Under the pieces are notes generated by a model. The model was not told where the DNA came from, made no database searches, and saw only the letters and a list, made by a program, of their open reading frames with translations. Position numbers and translations under genes: made by a program. DNA of 50,355 nt from sequence record PZ871096.1; one strand, written 5' to 3'. Source of the stretch: a phage. Of the stretch, positions 30,878 through 39,638 are shown one piece after another (within the stretch, counting starts at the first letter, position 1; each line of letters begins with the position of its first letter).

Positions 30878-31135
30878 ATGAAAAAAGAGAGAAGCGTTTA
30901 TTTAAATGAAACTGGCGAGTGGTTGTTATTTCGCGCTATGGTGTGCGATGCACTTGATAAAAACCCTAACGTGAAAAAGATGATTGATTGCGATCCGTGG
31001 GAATTTTCAAGCGCATTAGATATGAGCTTTGAGGAGACAAGAAAACTCCCGCTTGAAAAATGGCACGAACAAATCAGAAATGACATGCAAGAGTTTGTCG
31101 ATTCGTGGAATTTTCAGCACGGAATGATCCACTAA
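30878..31135 (+). CDS. hypothetical protein
   Basis: 85 aa; SD ACGGAG. Confidence 0.5.
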   Translation: MKKERSVYLNETGEWLLFRAMVCDALDKNPNVKKMIDCDPWEFSSALDMSFEETRKLPLEKWHEQIRNDMQEFVDSWNFQHGMIH

Positions 31136-31178
31136 TAGCACTTTTTGTTAAAACGCCCGGCCTAGTGTCGGGCATAAT
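31135..31178 (+). promoter_or_regulatory. conserved-box promoter (inverted duplicate of 34351-34394)
   Basis: ATAGCACTTTTTGTTAAAAC, spacer GCCCGGCCTAGTGTCGGG, CATAAT. Confidence 0.5.
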
Positions 31179-31210
31179 TATTTCAACGAAGCAAACATGA
31201 GGAAATAAAA

Positions 31211-31390
31211 ATGGTGGTATTCGATAAACGCGCTTTTAATCTTGCTCAAGAAGTAGCAAAAGGTTCAGTGGATGGCGGTTCAAAGGAAGGATTCCAGTTT
31301 GATTGGGAGATCGCAATGTTTTTACTGAAAGTTGCATACGGTCACGCACCAATTGAACAAGCGGAGGCATATTATAAGCATGAAGGTTGA
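31211..31390 (+). CDS. small hypothetical protein (59 aa, below ORF-track threshold)
   Basis: ATG 31211 with GAGGA SD 7 nt upstream, downstream of promoter; translated by hand MVVFDKRAFNLAQEVAKGSVDGGSKEGFQFDWEIAMFLLKVAYGHAPIEQAEAYYKHEG. Confidence 0.45.
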   Translation: MVVFDKRAFNLAQEVAKGSVDGGSKEGFQFDWEIAMFLLKVAYGHAPIEQAEAYYKHEG

Positions 31391-31622
31391 GCAAGGAAGA
31401 GATGCGGTATGGAATCACGCTAAAGAATGCGGTATTGCCGACGATATAAAGAAGATCGCGCAATACTTTGATATTGCAGATGTGAGCATAATTAGCGGCA
31501 ACAAGATGACTTTCCTCAAGGAAAGGCCGCGAAAAATGGTAAGAGTTCCAGCAGTTCCAACAAAAATTGATTTCAAAGAGGCAATGGCTAAAATCCGAGA
31601 GCCTCGCAAATATTATAAATGA
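31380..31622 (+). CDS. hypothetical protein
   Basis: ORF-track frame 31332-31622; first ATG 31380 preceded by GGAGG. Confidence 0.45.
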   Translation: MKVEQGRDAVWNHAKECGIADDIKKIAQYFDIADVSIISGNKMTFLKERPRKMVRVPAVPTKIDFKEAMAKIREPRKYYK

Positions 31623-31716
31623 GGATAGTTATCATGTGGCGCTTGTTTGTTCTACCGTTACCCGTTATCATCGCTGTTACAGTTATGTACCATATAGTGA
31701 TGAGATAGGTAGCAGA

Positions 31717-32832
31717 ATGAAAAATGTAAAAATTACAGATGAGCAATTCAAGATCGAACGGGCGGCAGGTAAGACATATAAACAGATCGCTCAAGAGTAC
31801 GGAATGAATGTGAGAAGCGTCGAGCGTCGCGCGGCGCGTCTTGCAAAGCAAGGACAGTTATCGACCATCGGAGCGCCTGGTTTTGGTGTTCATGGTGAGT
31901 CAGTAATGACTGACAAAGAAGGAAATATAATCCTCAAGTGGACCAAAACCAGCAAGGATAAAGAGCAATTAGAGGCACTGATGCGCGCAGCTATGGAGGC
32001 GTTTAGCGAGGAAGTGCCGCGATTAGATCCAGTTCCATTGCAGGAGCGTAATTATAATGAAACGCTTTCATTGTATCCGATCTTTGACATGCACTTAGGC
32101 GCTATGGCCCATAAGCACGAATGCGGCGAAAATTGGGATACTGCGACGGCGGAGCGCGTTATGAATAACTTTATCGACTATGCTTTGATGTGCGCACCGG
32201 ACAGCGAAAAGGCTGTTATCCTGATTGGTGGCGATATGCTGCATAGCGACGGCCTGGAGGCGGTGACACCTGCAAGCGGTCACGTACTTGATCAAGATAG
32301 CCGATATGCAAAATTGGTTTACGTTGCAATACGTGCAATGCGCCGCGCAATTAATAAAATGCTGTTAAAGCATAAACATGTTGAGGTGCAGATCGTAGAG
32401 GGTAATCACGACCAATCAGGAATGATTTGGCTACGCGCAGCAATGGCGGCAGCATATGAGAACGAGCCGCGCGTTTACGTTGATGTTTCTCCTCGCGTTG
32501 TTCACCACACGCAATACGGAAAAACTTTCCTTGCGTACCATCACGGGCACACAGTGCGTAAACCGGAGACTTTGCTAATGATGTGCGCGTCAGATTGGCG
32601 GGAGGACTTCGGAAACTCAAAAACGATGTATGCGCACGTAGGGCACTGGCATCACCAGACCGTGACAGAAACGTCGCTTGGCATCGTGGAGGTGCATAGC
32701 ACCCTGGCGGCAAAAGACGCATACGCCGCGCGAGGTGGCTGGAGATCTCGACGCCGTGCAGCGGTTATCATTTACGACAAAGAGCATGGAGAAGTCGGGC
32801 GATTTGTTCACTATCCAGAAATGATGAATTGA
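31717..32832 (+). CDS. calcineurin-like metallophosphoesterase with N-terminal HTH-like region
   Basis: ORF-track frame 31567-32832; ATG 31717; phosphoesterase motifs DMH, GGDMLHSD, VEGNHDQ, YHHGH, GHWHH; N-terminal KTYKQIAQEYGMNVRSVERRAARL. Confidence 0.6.
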   Translation: MKNVKITDEQFKIERAAGKTYKQIAQEYGMNVRSVERRAARLAKQGQLSTIGAPGFGVHGESVMTDKEGNIILKWTKTSKDKEQLEALMRAAMEAFSEEVPRLDPVPLQERNYNETLSLYPIFDMHLGAMAHKHECGENWDTATAERVMNNFIDYALMCAPDSEKAVILIGGDMLHSDGLEAVTPASGHVLDQDSRYAKLVYVAIRAMRRAINKMLLKHKHVEVQIVEGNHDQSGMIWLRAAMAAAYENEPRVYVDVSPRVVHHTQYGKTFLAYHHGHTVRKPETLLMMCASDWREDFGNSKTMYAHVGHWHHQTVTETSLGIVEVHSTLAAKDAYAARGGWRSRRRAAVIIYDKEHGEVGRFVHYPEMMN

Positions 32833-32881
32833 TGAATTTTTATTTAAATCAATGACAAATTAAATCAAAAACTTGCAAAGG

Positions 32882-32906
32882 GGCGGCGTTTGTCGCCTCT
32901 TTTTTT
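32882..32906 (+). terminator. weak terminator-like hairpin followed by T7
   Basis: GGCG...CGCC short stem followed by T7. Confidence 0.35.
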
Positions 32907-32976
32907 GTTTAATTTTTTACCATGTGCGTTTATCATGCGGTCAATATATTGACTTTAATTAATATGGAGAATAAAA

Positions 32977-33192
32977 ATGAAAGATTTTATTAACGCAGCT
33001 ACCGCCGGATCTGGCGGTTCATCTATCGCAAGCGCCGCTACAGGGCAGTTAACCATTGCTATTGCCAGTTTTGTTTTAATGGCTGCATTCGGTGCGTGGG
33101 GCGCTTACCTTCGCTGGCGTGATAGTAAAAAATTCCACGAGGCGATCGAAAAAGGTGATATTCAAAAAGCTATTGAGATCAGGGGCAAGTAA
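32977..33192 (+). CDS. holin (single-TMD class)
   Basis: 71 aa; one hydrophobic helix ([21 protein letters not shown]) and charged C-terminus; immediately upstream of endolysin. Confidence 0.65.
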   Translation: MKDFINAATAGSGGSSIASAATGQLTIAIASFVLMAAFGAWGAYLRWRDSKKFHEAIEKGDIQKAIEIRGK

Positions 33193-33683
33193 TGAGCATA
33201 AAGAACAGGGTAGCGGCTGCGGCCTTTGGCGTTGCGGTTGCCTTGACTTCTCCACTTCTTGAAGAGATCGAAGGGGTAAGATACAAGCCATACAAAGATA
33301 TTGCGGGGGTATGGACGGTTTGCGCAGGAATCACCGGACCAGATGTTATCCTGGGGAAAACGTACACTAAAAAAGAGTGTGATGCTTTGTTGGCTAAACA
33401 TATCCAGGTTGCTAAAAAAGAAGTTGACAAGCAGGTTAAGGTTGACATTCCTGATAGTATGCGTGCAGCAATGTACTCATTCACTTATAATGCAGGCGTG
33501 GGAGCTTTCAGAAATTCAACAATGCTGAAACTCATCAATCAGGGGAAATTAAAAGATGCTTGCGATCAGCTTTATCGTTGGACGTATTACCATAACCCCA
33601 AAACAGGAAAGCGCGAGAAGTCTAAAGGCTTACTTAACAGGCGCAAGGTCGAACACAAATATTGCACAATGGATCTGAAATGA
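33192..33683 (+). CDS. SAR endolysin (T4-lysozyme-like glycoside hydrolase)
   Basis: 163 aa; N-terminal signal-anchor-release stretch ([17 protein letters not shown]) followed by E-x8-D-x5-T catalytic triad ([16 protein letters not shown]). Confidence 0.75.
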   Translation: MSIKNRVAAAAFGVAVALTSPLLEEIEGVRYKPYKDIAGVWTVCAGITGPDVILGKTYTKKECDALLAKHIQVAKKEVDKQVKVDIPDSMRAAMYSFTYNAGVGAFRNSTMLKLINQGKLKDACDQLYRWTYYHNPKTGKREKSKGLLNRRKVEHKYCTMDLK

Positions 33684-34075
33684 TGAAGAAATTTTTACTT
33701 ACACCAATCGCAATGGCTGTGATCTTGTCTGGATGTTCAAGCGTTACGCCACTGACCGGATTAATCGGCAGTAAGCCGGAAATCACAGCACAGGCTGGCG
33801 CGGAGAACGTGAGGCAGACAGTTGGCATTACAGCAAAGCAGGACGCCAGCACAAAACAGGAAACCACAATAAAGGAATCTGCGGTTGACAAGGTGGACAC
33901 GTCCAGCAAGAAGGATTTCACAACATCAACCATTCAGGCCAATACCATCAAGGCAGACAAAATTCAGGTCGTGCAGGGTAATAACGGCAGATGGTACGAT
34001 CCAATAATCATATGCGTGGTTGTGTTAATTGTGCTGATTTGTCTTTACTGGAGAGAAAAGAAAAAGGAGGCTTAA
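33680..34075 (+). CDS. unimolecular spanin (T1 gp11-type)
   Basis: ORF-track frame 33662-34075; ATG 33680 overlapping endolysin stop; N-terminal lipoprotein signal (AMAVILSG|C) and C-terminal TMD ([16 protein letters not shown]). Confidence 0.7.
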   Translation: MMKKFLLTPIAMAVILSGCSSVTPLTGLIGSKPEITAQAGAENVRQTVGITAKQDASTKQETTIKESAVDKVDTSSKKDFTTSTIQANTIKADKIQVVQGNNGRWYDPIIICVVVLIVLICLYWREKKKEA

Positions 34076-34090
34076 TGCCTCCTTTATTTT
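34057..34090. terminator. bidirectional intrinsic terminator at convergent junction
   Basis: A-rich run, AGGAGGC-ttaat-GCCTCCT, T-rich run; spanin stop codon lies in the loop. Confidence 0.7.
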
Positions 34091-34314
34091 TATGCGTCGG
34101 GCCACATATGAGTTTCGTTTGTTGGCTTGTTCGATTCGTCGTACTGCCTTACTTCAATTCTGCAAGTGTCGCCGTACATTTCTGCAATCTTGCGCTCATT
34201 TTCAACCGCCGATTGCTCACTCCATCCAAAATCCCTGTCGTAAATTGTCGGGATTTCAGCAGAAGATCCGTTGTCATGATTATATACGCGAACTACTAAA
34301 AACTTGCTGGACAT
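34090..34314 (-). CDS. hypothetical protein
   Basis: 74 aa; first gene downstream of promoter 34351-34394. Confidence 0.45.
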   Translation of the reverse strand: MSSKFLVVRVYNHDNGSSAEIPTIYDRDFGWSEQSAVENERKIAEMYGDTCRIEVRQYDESNKPTNETHMWPDA

Positions 34315-34350
34315 AATTTTACCTTTTGGTTGTTTCGTTTCGATGAAACA

Positions 34351-34394
34351 AATATACCCGACACTAGGCCGGGCGTTTTAACAAAAAATGCTAT
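34351..34394 (-). promoter_or_regulatory. conserved-box promoter (inverted duplicate of 31135-31178)
   Basis: minus strand ATAGCATTTTTTGTTAAAAC, spacer GCCCGGCCTAGTGTCGGG, TATATT. Confidence 0.5.
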
Positions 34395-34511
34395 TCCATA
34401 CGCTTTACCGTAACCAGTAATACACCATCATCATTGCATAAAACATGTTCAGTGGTGCTAAAAGCGCGCATATCTGAATAAAGTAGCGTAAGTAAAGCAT
34501 GAATAAAATCC

Positions 34512-34907
34512 TCATGTGATATTGAATTTACGGCGCAGTGCTTCAAGATCTTGTCTATTAGCTTTTGCCTGGAACAATTCATCATCTCCCATCTCCCCTA
34601 TTCTAGCCATATCCCTGATCCAGTCGTTGCGCATACCATCCAGGCTATACAATTCGAATCCGAAAGGCCGCTTTGACGATCCTTTGGACCAGTATTTTCC
34701 GCAGACCCCATCTATATAACCAGCCGTCATCATTCTTGCGCAAAATTCCTTAGATGCAAGGCTGGCGAACATTCGCGGCGTAAGTCCGGCGGCCCGTGCG
34801 AGCCGCTCACATTCTCTATGCTGATAGATAAATTTGGCTATGTGCTGCCTGTTAAACCAGTCGTATGACTCACACCATTTATACAGATCAAGCAAAAACA
34901 TAATCAT
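34512..34907 (-). CDS. hypothetical protein
   Basis: 131 aa, overlaps stop of upstream ATPase gene. Confidence 0.45.
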   Translation of the reverse strand: MIMFLLDLYKWCESYDWFNRQHIAKFIYQHRECERLARAAGLTPRMFASLASKEFCARMMTAGYIDGVCGKYWSKGSSKRPFGFELYSLDGMRNDWIRDMARIGEMGDDELFQAKANRQDLEALRRKFNIT

Positions 34908-36484
34908 CCCAGCAGTATTGGATTGACAAAAATAACACCATTAATCACACAAACATAATTTCTTTCTTCCAGCATTGGCAGCAAGTGCCCCTCTATCCTC
35001 TTCATTACGCCAGCCTGACCAACGAAAGGTTTTACCTTTCTCGCTGATTCGTACAGGGCGCGAATATTCAGGATCCCTTTGTTAGCCTTGCCGTGCCTCG
35101 TGATCAATTCAATCAATTTACCCATTTCAGCATCATCACCAGCATAACCAGAAGCATTGGCGGCGCTAATGTATGTTTTGCTCAATTCCTGAAACATGAT
35201 CAACGCCTCTTGCATTGTTTCCACGTCGATCTCTTTCGACTTCTGCGGGTATCCGGCAGGATTAAACCAGTTACGGATAACATGCAGGACGGAAGCAAGC
35301 CTGATCACCTGTTTATCCATTTTACCCAGCGCACCGCGTAACATTGTATGAGAATACTTTCCGCCGTCTGCAAGATGCGGTTCCATATCCTGGCGAGCAA
35401 TGTTGAGCACTCGCATAGCTGAACGGCTTATTTTCAGCGATATATTTGATTCGCTCATGATGTTATGCACCAATTGATAATATTGGGCCTTCAATTCAGG
35501 ATCCACCGCCTCATAGGTAGAATCACCATTTTCATCAATGAATGAGCGACGGCCTAAGAATGATTCCTCACGGACCAACAAAAAGCGCTCACTCACACCG
35601 ATACCGCGCGATCCAGCGTCCATGATTCCGCTTATCGTTTCATCCTGTGCTATAACGCTCATACATCCAAGCGCGCGAAAACTCATGTTATTGTCAGCAT
35701 TAGCACGGGCAATTGATACGTGACCATTATCCCACGCCTTAAGCACTAGCTCACTGTTAGTCTTCCTTTCGCTATTTGCATAGGTCAAGCCTAACAGACT
35801 GTTAATACTTGTTGCTTCGTCAGATATTACGGCAAAGTTACCTTGCTTGTTGTTGATTTTCGCCAAGCCTTCTGGAGTTGTATCTGAAACAGGGAAAGTT
35901 ATATCACACATCTTTTCCAGCTTCTCTTCCAGATCCTCTTTTTCCTGGTATAGAGATTCCATATCAGCGCCTGATCTTTCGCTTTTCATCTCTTTTGCAA
36001 GACCTGCCAACTTTGCCTGTATTTTCTTTCTTTCCTTGCGGCGTTGCTCGTTGATCTTCTCAACTTCCGCAATCATCGGAGAAATAGCCATACTGTTGAT
36101 CGCAGATTTACCAGTTGACGGCGGCTGGCTTGTAACGACGTAAAGCGCAGTCGGCTGATCGGTCCCGTGATAGTCAACCGTAAAGCGTCCAAGCATGGCG
36201 GCAGAAATGCAGCCGATAAAGTGCATGTAAGCCGATGATTCAGGGAATTGAACTGATCGCGCAATACTGCGTGATAACTTTCCTACAACATCAATATCAT
36301 TACCAAGAGAAATTACGGGGTAGCGATCGTGACCGCTATTTACATCCTTCACGTCGCCCCAAAAGCTGGACGACTGGCGATAGCCGTTAGCCTGAATTGA
36401 TACGCGAACTGGTGAAAGGTTCTGGCTTTCAGCCATGGCGATTATTTGCTGTGGAGTTAATTTGTTCGTTTCTAATGAAAACAT
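34904..36484 (-). CDS. P-loop NTPase-like protein (degenerate Walker A SQPPSTGKS, Walker B FAVISDE); possible replication-associated ATPase
   Basis: 526 aa; motif spacing typical of P-loop ATPases; AAGGAG SD; first gene after promoter 36513-36556. Confidence 0.4.
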   Translation of the reverse strand: MFSLETNKLTPQQIIAMAESQNLSPVRVSIQANGYRQSSSFWGDVKDVNSGHDRYPVISLGNDIDVVGKLSRSIARSVQFPESSAYMHFIGCISAAMLGRFTVDYHGTDQPTALYVVTSQPPSTGKSAINSMAISPMIAEVEKINEQRRKERKKIQAKLAGLAKEMKSERSGADMESLYQEKEDLEEKLEKMCDITFPVSDTTPEGLAKINNKQGNFAVISDEATSINSLLGLTYANSERKTNSELVLKAWDNGHVSIARANADNNMSFRALGCMSVIAQDETISGIMDAGSRGIGVSERFLLVREESFLGRRSFIDENGDSTYEAVDPELKAQYYQLVHNIMSESNISLKISRSAMRVLNIARQDMEPHLADGGKYSHTMLRGALGKMDKQVIRLASVLHVIRNWFNPAGYPQKSKEIDVETMQEALIMFQELSKTYISAANASGYAGDDAEMGKLIELITRHGKANKGILNIRALYESARKVKPFVGQAGVMKRIEGHLLPMLEERNYVCVINGVIFVNPILLG

Positions 36485-36512
36485 TCGTTAGCTTCTCCTT
36501 TGTGGGCCATAA

Positions 36513-36556
36513 ATTTTAACGGCCCAATACTACCCCGTTTTGTCAAAAAGTGCTAT
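36513..36556 (-). promoter_or_regulatory. conserved-box promoter (box variant ATAGCACTTTTTGACAAAAC)
   Basis: 18-nt spacer then TAAAAT lying in the loop of hairpin GGGCC...GGCCC. Confidence 0.5.
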
Positions 36557-36774
36557 TTGATCCGCTCTATTGCAACCAGAAGTCGATCAGGCTGGCGGTC
36601 GCTGTAGCATTCTCCTGTAATCCCATCCTTAAACGTAAAGTAAAGCGCCTTATGATATGAAAAACCAATCAGCCAACCTACCGCCGTTTTTTTGATGGGC
36701 CTGACTATATCGCCAGGCTTGAAAGTCTTTGTGGTAGAATGCGTTACTTTGTAACGGTTTTCACTGTTTATCAC
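36553..36774 (-). CDS. hypothetical protein
   Basis: 73 aa ORF, operon context. Confidence 0.4.
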   Translation of the reverse strand: MINSENRYKVTHSTTKTFKPGDIVRPIKKTAVGWLIGFSYHKALYFTFKDGITGECYSDRQPDRLLVAIERIK

Positions 36775-37157
36775 AGATATTTACCCTCAAAAAGATAACA
36801 GCCGCCAGCAGAGAATCCGACCTCTTCACGGTACAGGTTCCAGCGGTCGCCGCACTCATCAAAAACATAACCCGCAACGCTTCCAAGCGGTCGCCCTTTC
36901 TCGATCTGGTATCGCTTGCCCTGCTTAAAGTGCTTTTTGCACGGCATGTTATGATCTACAAACGTGCAAAGAACGGTTTTTGTGTTAATGGCGCGGTAAT
37001 CATCTCGTTTTGCTGGAAGCCAGCGGCTACCCTTAACAAGCGTCTTAACCTGGAATTCTTCCACCTCGATCACATCATCACTTCCTGCAATCTTCTGATA
37101 AACCGTTTTAAAACGGCCTTTCATCAATACGTTGGTTTCATTACAGATAACATTCAT
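36771..37157 (-). CDS. hypothetical protein
   Basis: 128 aa ORF, operon context. Confidence 0.45.
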   Translation of the reverse strand: MNVICNETNVLMKGRFKTVYQKIAGSDDVIEVEEFQVKTLVKGSRWLPAKRDDYRAINTKTVLCTFVDHNMPCKKHFKQGKRYQIEKGRPLGSVAGYVFDECGDRWNLYREEVGFSAGGCYLFEGKYL

Positions 37158-37186
37158 GATCAGATCTCCTTTGTTTGTTCGATGTG

Positions 37187-37230
37187 ATTATGCCAGGTTT
37201 TTACACCTGGCTTTTAACAAAAAGTGCTAT
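37187..37230 (-). promoter_or_regulatory. conserved-box promoter
   Basis: minus strand ATAGCACTTTTTGTTAAAAG, hairpin spacer GCCAGG...CCTGGC, CATAAT. Confidence 0.5.
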
Positions 37231-37937
37231 TTTGAGTTTGACTCAAAGACGGCGCGAGCAAATCCGCGCGGAGTGAGGGAGCGGATCATCTTTGTGCGCG
37301 ATGACTTCCCGCCAGTTTTGGCCCAGCCTGGATTATCTTTGTCTTCCTCTTTCGGCAGGATTAAAGCGCGCGGAGGAATAACAAAGCCGTTGCCAGTCCA
37401 GAGGCACGTTTTCTTAAAATAGCGATCCCGTGCCGGAATAATATCAGGGAAGTCGGGATGTTTATCATCTTCCGGCAGATAGCCAGCGTAATCGCACGGA
37501 TGGAACGTATAATCAGGCTTTCGCCATAACGTTGACAACTTGCCAACCGGATTTTCGATCATGTAAGGAACACCGAAATAATCAGCTATATCAGCCGCGA
37601 TTCTGCAAGTGTCGGCGGCCTCATCCTGGAATGATGGATTCTCAAGGCGTTTTTTGGCCCAATGGCGAGATCCGCTATTTGCAAGGTCGGTGCATGGTGG
37701 GAAGGCCATAATAAAATCAGGATTGCCCAACTCATTATTGATTGCCTTAACATAAAAAGCATCATCAATCCAGACGTTAACGTATTCGATATTCTCATGC
37801 TGTATGCGCACTGACTGGTAATCACCGTGATCGCCACCGTCAGCATTAAAGCAAATGCACTTATAGCCATTATCAGCCCAATCTTTAACGGCTTTACCAG
37901 ATCCATCAAATAGGGAGAATATTAAACCTTTATACAT
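37227..37937 (-). CDS. DNA (cytosine-5)-methyltransferase
   Basis: ORF-track frame 37227-38006; ATG 37937 with GAGGT SD; motif I LFDGSG, motif IV FPPC(T), motif VI ENPVG in canonical order. Confidence 0.6.
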   Translation of the reverse strand: MYKGLIFSLFDGSGKAVKDWADNGYKCICFNADGGDHGDYQSVRIQHENIEYVNVWIDDAFYVKAINNELGNPDFIMAFPPCTDLANSGSRHWAKKRLENPSFQDEAADTCRIAADIADYFGVPYMIENPVGKLSTLWRKPDYTFHPCDYAGYLPEDDKHPDFPDIIPARDRYFKKTCLWTGNGFVIPPRALILPKEEDKDNPGWAKTGGKSSRTKMIRSLTPRGFARAVFESNSK

Positions 37938-37947
37938 CGTCATTACC

Positions 37948-38172
37948 TCAAAACGGAAAACAGCGCGCACAACCAGGATCGAAATCGCATCCACAATCAT
38001 TAACAATCATAGTGGGATCTGCAAATATTGCGCTTGATTCAAGATCCATATCCATATCACCTAAAGCCTCATCAAGAGTCTTAATTTTATATGCCACTTC
38101 AAGCGCCGCCTCTTTATTTAGTCCGGCATCTTCTGCCATTTGAAGGCGCTCAAAAAAGCCGTCTTGACTCAT
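37948..38172 (-). CDS. hypothetical acidic protein
   Basis: 74 aa ORF. Confidence 0.4.
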   Translation of the reverse strand: MSQDGFFERLQMAEDAGLNKEAALEVAYKIKTLDEALGDMDMDLESSAIFADPTMIVNDCGCDFDPGCARCFPF

Positions 38173-38285
38173 CGCATAATCCCCTTAATAACAGCCAAGA
38201 TAATAGCCAGGCCAGCAGCAGTAACCAAAAATCCAACCGCGCCAATAATCGAATAAAAAAAGAAATCAATAGCTTTATCTATCAT
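38169..38285 (-). CDS. small membrane peptide (38 aa, below ORF-track threshold)
   Basis: hand translation MIDKAIDFFFYSIIGAVGFLVTAAGLAIILAVIKGIMR; GAGGT SD 5 nt upstream; stop overlaps the next start (ATGA). Confidence 0.45.
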   Translation of the reverse strand: MIDKAIDFFFYSIIGAVGFLVTAAGLAIILAVIKGIMR

Positions 38286-38298
38286 TTTCTACCTCATT

Positions 38299-38320
38299 TA
38301 AAAGGCGGCAAAACGCCGCC
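38299..38320 (-). terminator. terminator-like hairpin
   Basis: minus strand GGCGGC-gtttt-GCCGCC followed by TTTT. Confidence 0.5.
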
Positions 38321-38327
38321 AGATTAA

Positions 38328-38555
38328 TTAAAGAGCGCGCCAACTTTGAATATAGAAAGCGTTTTCTTCCAGTAATTCTTTTACCTGATCTTTATTGTAT
38401 TTGCGCACCTTACCGCCTGGATGGATACCAATAAGATAGCCGCCTTTGCCCTCGGTGATAGTGATTTGGCTAATTCCGCAGGACTTATCAAGTTTTACAG
38501 CCACGCGGTGATGAGCGTCAATAGTTGCCATAATGTTTAAAACTTTTGCTTTCAT
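38328..38555 (-). CDS. hypothetical protein
   Basis: 75 aa ORF. Confidence 0.4.
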   Translation of the reverse strand: MKAKVLNIMATIDAHHRVAVKLDKSCGISQITITEGKGGYLIGIHPGGKVRKYNKDQVKELLEENAFYIQSWRAL

Positions 38556-38663
38556 TTAAATATCCTCAATTGAAATATGAATGACGTGGCGCTCTTTTTC
38601 CGTCGCCGCCGTAATGGTCATTTGCAACCGCCACCATCCAGGCGTTTTTGAAAATAAATAGCC

Positions 38664-38876
38664 TCACTTCTTATTTTTCATCTTAAATTTATGGCCTGGA
38701 ACACCAGAACCAATATAGCCATCGTTGTATTCCATTAAATAAAGGTGAAGGCCATTATCTGAAATTACATGAGGATCTTCTTTGAGATTTCCCATTAGCG
38801 GGTATTCTTTTCCGCGCGTAAATCTCCAAGTTGAGTCATAAGTTTCTACGCATTTAAGTTTTAATTGCTTTGCCAT
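38664..38876 (-). CDS. hypothetical protein
   Basis: 70 aa ORF. Confidence 0.4.
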   Translation of the reverse strand: MAKQLKLKCVETYDSTWRFTRGKEYPLMGNLKEDPHVISDNGLHLYLMEYNDGYIGSGVPGHKFKMKNKK

Positions 38877-39073
38877 TAGATGATCTCCATGTATGTTTCA
38901 AAGCCATTTAACTTGAACAGGCCGTTTTCACATTTGCGAACGTTCCAAGTTAGCCCTGAGTGGTACGCCTCCATATCATCAAGGTCAATGGTGATTTCAG
39001 CACCTTTCTTAAACAAACCTTTTTCGTGAGACTTGTCGCGCTTAACAACTTTAACATCAACCTGATTTTCCAT
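38876..39073 (-). CDS. hypothetical protein
   Basis: 65 aa ORF; SD GAGGA; downstream of promoter 39105-39148. Confidence 0.45.
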   Translation of the reverse strand: MENQVDVKVVKRDKSHEKGLFKKGAEITIDLDDMEAYHSGLTWNVRKCENGLFKLNGFETYMEII

Positions 39074-39104
39074 CTTTAAATCCTCGTTTGTTGTCGATGC
39101 GCTT

Positions 39105-39148
39105 ACTATACCAATCAGCAGCGCATCGTTTTTAACAAAAAGTGCTAT
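39105..39148 (-). promoter_or_regulatory. conserved-box promoter
   Basis: minus strand box, hairpin spacer CGATGCGC...GCGCATCG with TATAGT at fixed 18-nt offset. Confidence 0.5.
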
Positions 39149-39412
39149 TTAGTCCAGGAATTCGATTTCACGCTCTCCAGTTAACGGATCCACAAGCCAG
39201 AATCCGAGCGGTTCGCCGTGAGCACCGCCATAGAATCCAAGAGCCGTCAGATCTTCACCTTTAACGAATACCAGATTTCCGCTACGGCTTACGTGAGACA
39301 CGTTAACGATAACCGGAAATGTGCGATCCTTAAATGCAGGCCGCAGGGCGTAACATCCGTTATTGAGCAAGCGTGCTTTGCGCTTAACTGGAATAGGTGC
39401 ATTAATTTTCAT
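39149..39412 (-). CDS. hypothetical protein
   Basis: 87 aa ORF. Confidence 0.45.
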   Translation of the reverse strand: MKINAPIPVKRKARLLNNGCYALRPAFKDRTFPVIVNVSHVSRSGNLVFVKGEDLTALGFYGGAHGEPLGFWLVDPLTGEREIEFLD

Positions 39413-39424
39413 GGTTATTACTCC

Positions 39425-39637
39425 TTATCGTAAAGATTTAAAGACGTATAGTTTATTGCGGTAACTATATATCCGCATTGTTATTTCTCGCAGTGCAATA
39501 TATTCCTTCCTGTTTTCCGGCAGACTGGCGAGCAACAACAGACAGTATTTATAAGCGCGGTCAAGATTTCTTTCCGTGCCCCTGCAATATCCCTTGTTGC
39601 GCCTGGAACGGTACAGCCATAACAATTTCTTGAACAT
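39425..39637 (-). CDS. hypothetical basic Cys-rich protein
   Basis: ORF-track frame 39425-39727; start uncertain, ATG 39637 chosen because it directly follows the upstream stop. Confidence 0.3.
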   Translation of the reverse strand: MFKKLLWLYRSRRNKGYCRGTERNLDRAYKYCLLLLASLPENRKEYIALREITMRIYSYRNKLYVFKSLR

Positions 39638-39638
39638 T

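Noticed and set aside
34391-34585. 64-aa minus-strand ORF overlapping the 3' end of the 131-aa gene
   Set aside because: Overlaps the upstream gene in another frame for 74 nt; a shorter 31-aa ORF with a good SD (34405-34500) or no gene at all is more plausible.
38556-38663. 21-codon minus-strand mini-ORF (MTITAATEKERHVIHISIEDI) between two small genes
   Set aside because: Very short, weak SD, and its 3' end simply provides the SD of the next gene; more likely intergenic spacer with a degenerate box-like promoter.
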